Assembly (NCBI RefSeq): GCF_009914755.1
Contig: NC_060932.1
DNA length: 64,000 bases
From: the human T2T-CHM13v2.0 reference genome, Homo sapiens
Reading direction: 5' to 3' (one strand)
The notes under the pieces are model-generated. The model saw only the letters and a program-made list of their open reading frames with translations. It ran no database searches and had not been told where the DNA came from. Both the position numbers and the translations under genes were made by a program. Below, in pieces: positions 36,723 through 50,992 of this stretch. Position 1 is the first letter of the stretch; each line of letters opens with the position of its first letter.

Positions 36723-38147
36723 AATGGAAAACGAAAGTGTGATCCTAATGTCATGGTGCGTACTGAATGAAGCAGCACATGGCAAGCCTTAAAACGATCG
36801 CACATAGTAGGTGTTCAATTAATGTTAACTATATTTCTTTTCTATAATAGTTTATAAAGGGAATTCATGAACACTATGTGATTAATCCTTGGAACAACCC
36901 AACAGGTAGGTAAATAAAGCCTAATTTTATACCTAAAGAAACCATGCGGCTTAACTTGCCCAAAATAATAATGATTGTAATGAGCACTGGCTGTTGGTTT
37001 CTTATGTACTTGGTACTTTGCACGTATTAACCCAGTCAGTCCTCCTAACAGTTGTGAGAGAGATAGCATTCTTATCCCCATTTTACAGATGAGGAACCTG
37101 AAGCCCAGGTGATAAGTAGTTTATCCAAGGTATCATAGCTAGAAGTCGGGTGCAGGCAGTCTGGCTCCAGAGCCCCTGCTCTGTCCGCTGACCTAGCTGA
37201 CTTCCCAAGAGTCAAAGTGGATTCTTCCCCAAGACCAACCAATTACAATGACTGAATCAGTCAGTCAACTTCGAACTGGGCTCCAAGAGAGAACGAACCA
37301 TCATGCCTCTCTAAATCCTCATTTCTAGTTTGAATCTTCAAGGAGAGATAGACACTAAGTAGCTAGTTTTGCTGGAATGGCTGATTTTATCAATGTTTTC
37401 GGTGTGTGAGTGTGTGTGTGTGTATATGTATAGAACTAAATTAAACTGATAATTTGAATGCTTACACTTCCATTAGTTCAATTTGTGTATGTGAGCCCTC
37501 ACACACATACATACACACACACAAACTGTTCCAGAACAGTGACTTAGTGAAAAACTGGATTTCCACTCTGTCAGACAAATTTCGGAAAGCACTGAAGTAG
37601 GGCATTTCTGATTGATTTTACCGTTCCCGGAATTTTATTTTCCTTTATCACTTAGACCCCTTCTGTGGGGATTTAATAAATAAACGTCTTTTGTAGTGTA
37701 TGTTATTTCATTTTATTTTTATAATTTATATGAATTTTAATTTTAACTTGACAAATAAAAATTATATATATTTATGGCATACAACATGATGTTTCATACG
37801 TGTATACATTGTGGAATGACAAAATCAAGCTAATTAACACACTCGTTTCCTCACATACTGATTTTAATGTGATGAGGACATGTCTAAAATCTACTCTTAT
37901 AGCAATTTTCAAGTATACAATACATAGTTATACACTGTAGATGCCAGGCTGTTCAATAGATCTCTAGAACCATTCCTCTCTGAAATTTTGTATCATGAGA
38001 CTATCATCTCTCCAGTCCCTCCCTGACCCCTGCCTCGGGTAACCACCGTTCTGCTCTCTACAGCTATGAGTTGCATTGTTGGAGATTGCACATATAAGTG
38101 AGATCATGCAGTATTTGTCTTTTTGTGCTTGCTTTTTAAATCTTTAT

Positions 38148-38457
38148 TATGTAATTATTTATTTTTTGAGACAGGGTCTCAGTCTGTCACCCAGGCTGGA
38201 GTACAGTGACACAAACACGGCTCACTCACCCACCACGGCCTCCACCTCCCGGGGTCGAGAGTTCCTCCCGCTTCAGCCTCCTGAATAGCTAGGACTACAG
38301 GCGTCCAACGCCACACTTGGCTAATTTTTGTGTTTCTTTTAGAGATGGGGTTTCACCATGTTGCCCAGGTTCATCTCCAACTCCTGGGCTCAACGCTTCC
38401 ACCTGCCTTGGCCTCCCAAAGTACTGGGATTACAGGCATGAGCCACCGTGCCTGGCC
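38148..38457 (-). mobile_element. AluJ-like, inverted block
   Basis: Reverse-complement copy. Confidence 0.9.
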
Positions 38458-38585
38458 TTTGCTTTCTTTCACTCAGTGTACCATCCTCTAGGCTCATTCG
38501 TGTTGCCAATGAGATGATTTCTTTCTTTTTTAAGGCTGAATTGTGTTCTATTGGGTATATGTACCGCTTTTCTTTTTATGTTTAA

Positions 38586-38798
38586 TTTTTTTTGGTTTTT
38601 TGAGACAGAGTTTCGCTCGCGTCGCCCAGGCTGGAGTGCAGTGGCGTGATTTCGAGTCACTACAACCTCTGCCTCCCAGGTTGAAGTGATTCTCCTGCCT
38701 CACCTGAGATTAGAGGCATGTACCGGCATGTCCGGCTAATTTTGTGTTTCTAGTAGAGATGGGGTTTCACCATGTTGGCCAGGCTGGTCTTGAACTCC
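38586..38798 (-). mobile_element. Truncated Alu, inverted block
   Basis: Reverse-complement copy. Confidence 0.9.
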
Positions 38799-41237
38799 AA
38801 CAATTCTAATTCAACTAATTTATTTTATAGAAATATTTATGTGTGAGAAACAATATTTTCAAGAGTCAAAGATTTAAAACTGCTTAATTGTACATCACTA
38901 AGTGGCTGGCTAATAAATTATAGTACGTTCATCCTTACGGAAGAATACTTTGCAGCTAAAACAGAACGAAAGAGAGGAAACTCTTCAAAATGTTAACTGG
39001 GAATGACGTTCAAGACTTATTGTTAAATAAAACAAATTGAGAAGAAGAGTCGTTTATTGGTACTAAATTTGTGTCAGTAAAAATGGATTCTATACGTGGG
39101 ATGGTTTATAAGTATGTGGAAAAATTCTTTGATGGTTTTTCCTTGAAAAAGTGAAACCTAAATCCACTCCGTTTGGATGTGGGCCTATTTACGGTTGTTG
39201 CTTCCTAAACATAAACTACGTTTAGGCTGATATTTCAGACAATGAAACCTTTGAGTGCCCGTAGCGGGAAGATCTCGGTTGCTGAGTGCAGGGAAGGAGG
39301 ATGTAATTCCATCATATATACTCTCTGTGCCTACCGCATTTGGAACCATGCGAGTGATACCTATTTATAAAATAAAATAAACCAAGCACAAGTACGAACT
39401 TAGCAACACTACATTGAGTTAATAGAACGGTATCTTGTATTTCTTCTGTCCAGGTATACTTATAAATGCCTGCAGGGATTTCACCACCTCAGGGTGGAGA
39501 GACTCAATGCTTGTGAGGGAATTAGGATGGTGGAATATTGGTGTTACCAGGGAAGGGGGCGGGATGTTTGAAAATGCTATGTTTACTCGTTCTTGGGTTC
39601 CAATAAAGGAGAAACAGGGCACAGGAGTCGGAAGGACTAGTGGCAATAGTGATGAAAGGACCTCCTTATCATGCTGGCAATGTTAATTACCCAGGTGTAG
39701 GAAGCCATACACTGAGGCGGAAGATCGCAAGTCAGAGTGGCCGGCAGGCACAACCTCCTGGCACACCAGAGGCAGGTCTTCAATACCCACTGGTTTCCCC
39801 AACAGGCTGCGTAAGGGACCCTGAGCCACAGTGAGTTGGTCAAATGCTCCTGACAGTGTGGAGAAACCAACAGGCAAAACGTGGGTGCAAAAGTGATGAG
39901 ACCCCACACTTTACACTCGTGGTGACAATGAAGCTATTAAGTAACAGCTTCTCAACCTATGCTGTTTCCTGCTGGATGCACATAATCCATTTGCACTGCA
40001 GACAATTTTAGGATGTGGTTTACAGTAAGGTGGATGGTACCTTATGGCAAAAATCTCTCAGAAATTTATGTGTGGTTTTAAAGTCATTCCAGTCCTAGCA
40101 CGTTGCGCTTTTCAGAGACGCCATAGCTGTTTTTCCCTTTGTAATATCAAAGCAGTAATATCTTCTCTGGAGGCCTGTTGGGTGAATTTAATGGAATCAA
40201 GTTAAGTAGGTGCCAGAACCATTGCTGTTTTCCCTCCATAGCCCTGCCACCCACTGTAAAAAGGTTGATGAGATTACTTAATGATTTCCAATTAAGTTGT
40301 ATTTCCAAATATCATGATTTCCATTTTAATGTAGTTGGTATGGAGCTCTGTGAGTGTGTGCTTCTTTTATTATGGATCACGTTCAGCTTCTTTTTATTTG
40401 CCTCCTAGTCATAATAGTAAAACTCTACTCCTCTACTCCGAGGAGTCCCTACCACCCATCTCATCACTTTCCAGCCCAGCACTCTTCATGCTCATTCATT
40501 TAAAGCATTCAACATTGTGTAAATGAATCTTGGAAGGCCAAAGCTACTGAATTTAGCGAATTTGTGGAGGCATTGCCACAAATCAGCCAGGTGAAGTTTC
40601 ACACAATCGAAGACTGCACAACTCCTAGAAGGCAGCACTATGCTGCAAACCCAGACGGCCACTCTTCTCACCCCTCGTCCGTTTGCTGTTCTGGATAATG
40701 AGGTTCAAAAGTCACCTAGGCAACTGCCAAAATAGCTGAAATGGAGAAAGGGCTTCAGGCTGGTGACTAGCAGAGGTCCACCTGACCCCCGTAAGCTGCT
40801 GAACAAGTAGGGCTGCCAGAAATGTCCCACTAGGGAATTTGGTAGAGACGAAGACATGCTCACCGGACAAGGGTTCCTCCCAGGATACGCCCGAGCGGAA
40901 GAAGCGGGCTCTGAGCCACGCCCTTTCACCCTCCTCTACCCCGCCCTGGGCTGGTGAAGGTGCGCGCCAGGATGTGGACTACTGAGCCCTGAAGAAATAA
41001 GTCCTTCCACTTTGACCCCATGGAGGATTGCCTGTGAGGAACTTAAACGAGTCTACCAGTGTCTAGACACGGGGGCAGGTCTGTCCGGCACAGCAGCTCC
41101 CTCAAGGAGGAGAAGAGTGAGGAGAAAGGAAACTCAAGTCTCACCATTCTGTCCTGGGAGAGAAGAGGAGGATCTCATCTCTCATCTGTCCAAACAAGGC
41201 AAGGAGACTTTCTCTCATCTTTCCAAGCAAGGCAAGG

Positions 41238-42124
41238 AGACTTTTTATCATTAGGAAACAAAAAGAATTTAGAAGGAATGAAAGCAGCCCGTAAGGTGAA
41301 TTCCTAAGGACTGCCCATTGAAACTGACAAAATTGCCCTTGTTTGATGAGAGGAATGAGCAGAGCATTGATGTGGTGAACAAGGATCTAGTGAGACTTTC
41401 CCAGCATGTTTCTACCAAAGCTTTATCTAAGCTTCTCAGAACACTCTCCTAATAAGCAGATGTTTGGCCTTTCAGAAAGTCAACAAGCAAAATGCCTTGA
41501 GTGTCCCAAAACACTGATGCCATGATGTGGGCTCCTGACTGGCCTCCTTTTCCTTTGACTGGACCACTGCCACCTCTTGGTAGCCATCGCTTTCATGATG
41601 CTTTGCCTTGGCGATCATATTGGTGAAGCCATGCTCCAACTGCCGCTTACAATTTGTCAGAGGGATGCGTCAGGATCGTGATCCCTCCTGTTTAAAATTT
41701 CCACTGATAGCTCTCGTCGTAACTGCAGCTGATCTGGGCACAGTGGTTTTCACAGCCACTGCAGGATTCATCTTCCACATCTTCTCACCTCTTCTTGAAA
41801 CAAGCTATACATTCGTAAAGAGTTCATTTCTTTGGGGTAGTGTCCTTACAAGCTTTTCTTAAAACGTCAATGATTTCTTCAATCTTCCACCCAAGCTTCA
41901 CCATAAATTTGATGTTTCCTCTTGCTGCAATTTTCGTGGAATTCAAGTTGCTCTGACGGGAGTCCTTTTCAGTGGATGTCTCATCCTTCTTAGTGCCTCA
42001 AACTAGATCTAGTTCAGAAAGGTTATCAGAAGTTAGGACAAGTTTATTTTAGTGCAAACCAGTGGAAATCCATGCATAGTTTCTTCACCATGTGCATTTT
42101 CTATGAAGCTTTGGAAGACCACCT
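41238..42124 (-). mobile_element. HSMAR2 remnant, inverted block
   Basis: Reverse-complement copy. Confidence 0.85.
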
Positions 42125-42446
42125 GTGTTGAACATTGCCCAAGTCCTGGGAGAGAAGTGGGTGCGGTCCGCTTCCTGTCCTCAATTTGCCCGCAGCGGCG
42201 GAGTGCACAGAGCAGGGAAAGGCAGCCCCAGAGGGATCCCGCCCTCCAGCATGCAGCAGACTGCTGGCCCAGTCCTGGCTCCAAGGGGTGCTGTGTGGGC
42301 CCAAGCAAGTTGACCAACCTCCCTGAACCTTAATTTAATCCTAGGTAGCCCAATTCCAGTAGCCATTATAGGACTGCCCTGCAGGGACAGTTACTTAACT
42401 CAGGAAAAGCAACCTAGCTCCAAGTTTAGCAACCGGGAGTTCCAGT

Positions 42447-42607
42447 TGATTCCATTAGCGCACCCCCTGAGGCATTCCCAAGCTGGAGTCTGGTGGAAGA
42501 TGAGGCTCAGTGTGATTGGACTGAAGCACCAACCTATCAAGGAGAAGTCCCACCCAGTCTGCCCTGTGCCTATATAAAGGCGACAAGTGGCGGCCGCAGC
42601 ACTCATT
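42447..42607 (+). promoter_or_regulatory. Core promoter, copy 4
   Basis: TGATTCCATTA 42447-42457, ATTGG 42515-42519, TATATAAA 42571-42578, TCATT 42603-42607. Confidence 0.65.
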
Positions 42608-42608
42608 G

Positions 42609-43022
42609 AAGCCGCCAGTTGGGAGAGGAGCAGAGCCAGGCCGGTGCTCCCGAAGGCAGCAAGATGTTGCGAGCCACAGCTCCCTGCTGGTTCCCCCCTG
42701 GATACCCAGAAGCTAAGAAGGTGGCCGAGGAGGCGGCCCTGGAGGCAAGCCGCCATTTGGGAGGGGAGCAGAGCCAGGCCGGTGCTCCCGAAGGCAGCAA
42801 GATGTTGCGAGCCACAGCTCCCTGCTGGTTCCGCCCTGGATACCCAGAAGCTAAGAAGGTGGCCAAGGAGGCGGCCCCGGAGGCAAGCCGCCATTTGGGA
42901 GCGGAGCAGAGCCCGGCCGGTGCTCCCGAAGGCAGCAAGATGTTGCGAGCCACAGCTCCCTGCTGGTTCCCACCTGGATACCCAGAAGCTAAGAAGGTGG
43001 CCGAGGAGGCGGCCCTCGAGGC
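42609..43022 (+). repeat. 138-bp tandem repeat x3, copy 4
   Basis: ATG at 42664, 42802 and 42940. Confidence 0.95.
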
Positions 43023-44691
43023 TCCAGAATTCCCACTGCCCTCTCATCAGCCTGCCCAGAGCTTCGGGCTCTGGGTGCCCCAGATGCACAAGCAGGCCTC
43101 AGCATTTGTGGACATCCAGGCGGAGCCCCAGAACAGGGGTCCGGCGGTGCCCCCAGCGTGGCCCAAGATGGTGACGGAGTCGTGCTACTTCCCTGCGCAG
43201 AGGGGATCGGCCTGCCGCTTGCCAGCCGCCCCAAGGCTGACAGAGAGGCCCTCGGGAGTCCGCATCTCAGCCCCCAGGAAGAGGAAGACGATCGCCCACT
43301 CTTCCAGCCCTTGCTTGGTCACAGGTTACACAGATGCCAAGAGAACCCGGGTGGCCAGCAGCAGCCAACGCTCCCGTGGCTCCAAGGTCGGCAGACAGCC
43401 AGGGAAGACGCGCAACAGGTCAGGGATGGCATGCAAGACCACCGCCACCACCAGCTCTAAGCGAATCGTCCGTCGTGCATCCTTACCGAGTTTGAGTTTG
43501 AAGAAACCCATTATCCTCCGAAGCTCTGGGTGCCAAGTCCCCACCGTCCTCCGCCGAGGCTATCTCCAACTGTTCACCGAAGAGTGTCTCAAGTTCTGCG
43601 CCTCCAAGCAGGAGGCCGAGGAGAAGGCGCTGAACGAGGAGAAGGTGGCCTACGACTGCAGCCCCAACAAGAACAGGTACCTGAACGTGGTCCTGAACAC
43701 CCTCAAGAGACTGAAGGGCCTGACCCCCAGCTCCATGCCCGGCCTCAGCAGGGCCGCCCTGTACAGCCGCCTCCAGGAGTTCCTGCTCACCCAGGACCAG
43801 CTCAAGGAGAACGGCTACCCCTTCCCGCACCCCGAGCGGCCCGGAGGCGCCGTCCTCTTCACTGGCCAGGGGAAGGGGCCCGGCGACTCCTCCTGCAGGG
43901 TCTGCTGCCGTTGTGGCACCGAGTACCTGGTGTCCTCCTCGGGCCGCTGTGTACGCGACCAGTTGTGTTATTATCACTGGGGGCGGGTCCGCTCGAGCCA
44001 GGTGGCTGGAGGCCGGGTTAGCCAGTACACCTGCTGTGCAGCTGCTCCTGGCTCTGTGGGCTGCCAGGTGGCAAAGCAGCACGTGCGGGACGGCCGCAAG
44101 GAGAGCCTCGATGGCTTCGTGGAGACCTTCAAGAAAGAGTTGTCCAGAGACGCTTATCCAGGAATCTACGCCTTGGACTGTGAGATGTGCTACACCACGC
44201 ATGGCCTAGAGCTGACCCGCGTCACCGTGGTGGACGCCGACATGCGAGTGGTGTACGACACCTTCGTCAAGCCCGACAACGAGATCGTGGACTACAACAC
44301 CAGGTTTTCCGGAGTCACCGAGGCCGACGTCGCCAAGACGAGCATCACGTTGCCCCAAGTCCAAGCCATCCTGCTGAGCTTTTTCAGCGCCCAAACCATC
44401 CTCATCGGGCACAGCCTGGAGAGCGACCTGCTGGCCCTGAAGCTCATCCACAGCACCGTGGTGGACACGGCCGTGCTCTTCCCGCACTACCTGGGTTTCC
44501 CCTACAAGCGCTCCCTCAGGAATCTCGCGGCCGACTACCTGGCACAGATCATCCAGGACAGCCAGGACGGCCACAACTCCAGCGAGGACGCAAACGCCTG
44601 CCTGCAGCTGGTGATGTGGAAGGTCCGACAGCGCGCCCAGATCCAGCCACGCCACCGGTCCGCCTCTCCCGCCGCCCTGGCCTGTCCTTAG
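42664..44691 (+). CDS. REXO1L1: REXO1-like exonuclease GOR, copy 4 (inverted block)
   Basis: ATG at 42664 (aagATGt), TAG at 44689-44691; DEDDh motifs intact. Confidence 0.88.
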   Translation: MLRATAPCWFPPGYPEAKKVAEEAALEASRHLGGEQSQAGAPEGSKMLRATAPCWFRPGYPEAKKVAKEAAPEASRHLGAEQSPAGAPEGSKMLRATAPCWFPPGYPEAKKVAEEAALEAPEFPLPSHQPAQSFGLWVPQMHKQASAFVDIQAEPQNRGPAVPPAWPKMVTESCYFPAQRGSACRLPAAPRLTERPSGVRISAPRKRKTIAHSSSPCLVTGYTDAKRTRVASSSQRSRGSKVGRQPGKTRNRSGMACKTTATTSSKRIVRRASLPSLSLKKPIILRSSGCQVPTVLRRGYLQLFTEECLKFCASKQEAEEKALNEEKVAYDCSPNKNRYLNVVLNTLKRLKGLTPSSMPGLSRAALYSRLQEFLLTQDQLKENGYPFPHPERPGGAVLFTGQGKGPGDSSCRVCCRCGTEYLVSSSGRCVRDQLCYYHWGRVRSSQVAGGRVSQYTCCAAAPGSVGCQVAKQHVRDGRKESLDGFVETFKKELSRDAYPGIYALDCEMCYTTHGLELTRVTVVDADMRVVYDTFVKPDNEIVDYNTRFSGVTEADVAKTSITLPQVQAILLSFFSAQTILIGHSLESDLLALKLIHSTVVDTAVLFPHYLGFPYKRSLRNLAADYLAQIIQDSQDGHNSSEDANACLQLVMWKVRQRAQIQPRHRSASPAALACP

Positions 44692-44817
44692 CCCCAGGCC
44701 TCTTCCAAAACCGCCATCAGTCCCGAGAGCTCACCCTGCCCACCTCGCCGCAAAGCGAAAGAAACTGGAGCAGCCGGCGGCAGGAGAGGGCAAAAAGCCA
44801 AGAGTAACCCCAACCCC

Positions 44818-45014
44818 CCACTCCCGGTCCCCCGGAATCCCTGCCGCGGCCCCTCGGGCCTGTCCACATCCCTCTGCCCCTCCCAGACCTCTGTCCTTCC
44901 ACCAATCGCCTCCCGCAGCCCCGAGCCGCCACTCCCAGTCCCCCGAGTCCCTGCCGCGCGCCCTCGCGCCTGTCCACATCCCTCTGCCCATCCGAGACCT
45001 CTGTCCTTACACCA
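44818..45014 (+). repeat. ~111-bp-period duplication just 3' of the stop codon (all copies, e.g. ~3124-3320)
   Basis: CCACTCCC(G/A)GTCCCCCG...CCTGTCCACATCCCTCTGCCC...GACCTCTGTCCTT(C/A)CACCA x2. Confidence 0.85.
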
Positions 45015-45255
45015 CTAGCCACCCCACGTGGGACTTCCATGGCTTCTGAGTACAAGGCCAGCCCCCCGGCCCACCAGCTTTCGGAATGCCTGCTTACCTC
45101 TTTTTCTGTAGAGGCACCACAGGGAGGTGGGTGAAGCACTTCGGCTCTGGAGTTACAGATCTGGGTTCAAGGCCAAATTCCACCACTTACTAGGTTTGTA
45201 ATATTGGACAGATGACGTCTTTGCGCTTCTACCTTTTGGTCTTTAAAGTGTGATC

Positions 45256-48927
<3,672 letters not shown>

Positions 48928-50341
48928 AAAGTGTGATCCTAATGTCATGGTGCGGACTGAATGAAGCAGCACATGGCAAGCCTTAAAACGATCGCACATA
49001 GTAGGTGTTCAATTAATGTTAACTATATTTCTTTTGTATAATAGTTTATAAAGGGAATTCATGAACACTATGTGATTAATCCTTGGAACAACCCAACAGG
49101 TAGGTAAATAAAGCCTAATTTTATACCTAAAGAAACCATGCGGCTTAACTTGCCCAAAATAATAATGATTGTAATGAGCACTGGCTGTTGGTTTCTTATG
49201 TACTTGGTACTTTGCACGTATTAACCCAGTCAGTCCTCCTAATAGTTGTGAGAGAGATAGCATTCTTATCCCCATTTTACAGATGAGGAACCTGAAGCCC
49301 AGGTGATAAGTAGTTTATCCAAGGTATCATAGCTAGAAGTCGGGTGCAGGCAGTCTGGCTCCAGAGCCCCTGCTCTGTCTGCTGACCTAGCTGACTTCCC
49401 AAGAGTCAAAGTGGATTCTTCCCCAAGACCAACCAATTACAATGACTGAATCAGTCAGTCAACTTCGAACTGGGCTCCAAGAGAGAACGAACCATCATGC
49501 CTCTCTAAATCCTCATTTCTAGTTTGAATCTTCAAGGAGAGATAGACACTAAGTAGCTAGTTTTGCTGGAATGGCTGATTTTATCAATGTTTTCGGTGTG
49601 TGAGTGTGTGTGTGTGTATATGTATAGAACTAAATTAAACTGATAATTTGAATGCTTACACTTCCATTAGTTCAATTTGTGTATGTGAGCCCTCACACAC
49701 ATACATACACACACACAAACTGTTCCAGAACAGTGACTTAGTGAAAAACTGGATTTCCACTCTGTCAGACAAATTTCGGAAAGCACTGAAGTAGGGCATT
49801 TCTGATTGATTTTACCGTTCCCGGAATTTTATTTTCCTTTATCACTTAGACCCCTTCTGTGGGGATTTAATAAATAAACGTCTTTTGTAGTGTATGTTAT
49901 TTCATTTTATTTTTATAATTTATATGAATTTTAATTTTAACTTGACAAATAAAAATTATATATATTTATGGCATACAACATGATGTTTCATACGTGTATA
50001 CATTGTGGAATGACAAAATCAAGCTAATTAACACACTCGTTTCCTCACATACTGATTTTAATGTGATGAGGACATGTCTAAAATCTACTCTTATAGCAAT
50101 TTTCAAGTATACAATACATACTTATACACTGTAGATGCCAGGCTGTTCAATAGATCTCTAGAACCATTCCTCTCTGAAATTTTGTATCATGAGACTATCA
50201 TCTCTCCAGTCCCTCCCTGACCCCTGCCTCGGGTAACCACCGTTCTGCTCTCTACAGCTATGAGTTGCATTGTTGGAGATTGCACATATAAGTGAGATCA
50301 TGCAGTATTTGTCTTTTTGTGCTTGCTTTTTAAATCTTTAT

Positions 50342-50651
50342 TATGTAATTATTTATTTTTTGAGACAGGGTCTCAGTCTGTCACCCAGGCTGGAGTACAG
50401 TGACACAAACACGGCTCACTCACCCACCACGGCCTCCACCTCCCGGGGTCGAGAGTTCCTCCCGCTTCAGCCTCCTGAATAGCTAGGACTACAGGCGTCC
50501 AACGCCACACTTGGCTAATTTTTGTGTTTCTTTTAGAGATGGGGTTTCACCATGTTGCCCAGGTTCATCTCCAACTCCTGGGCTCAACGCTTCCACCTGC
50601 CTTGGCCTCCCAAAGTACTGGGATTACAGGCATGAGCCACCGTGCCTGGCC
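50342..50651 (-). mobile_element. AluJ-like, inverted block
   Basis: Reverse-complement copy. Confidence 0.9.
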
Positions 50652-50779
50652 TTTGCTTTCTTTCACTCAGTGTACCATCCTCTAGGCTCATTCGTGTTGC
50701 CAATGAGATGATTTCTTTCTTTTTTAAGGCTGAATTGTGTTCTATTGGGTATATGTACCGCTTTTCTTTTTATGTTTAA

Positions 50780-50992
50780 TTTTTTTTGGTTTTTTGAGAC
50801 AGAGTTTCGCTCGCGTCGCCCAGGCTGGAGTGCAGTGGCGTGATTTCGAGTCACTACAACCTCTGCCTCCCAGGTTGAAGTGATTCTCCTGCCTCACCTG
50901 AGATTAGAGGCATGTACCGGCATGTCCGGCTAATTTTGTGTTTCTAGTAGAGATGGGGTTTCACCATGTTGGCCAGGCTGGTCTTGAACTCC
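50780..50992 (-). mobile_element. Truncated Alu, inverted block
   Basis: Reverse-complement copy. Confidence 0.9.

Noticed and set aside
42569-42580. CArG/SRF box at CCTATATAAAGG
   Set aside because: Eight A/T between CC and GG rather than six; better read as a TATA box
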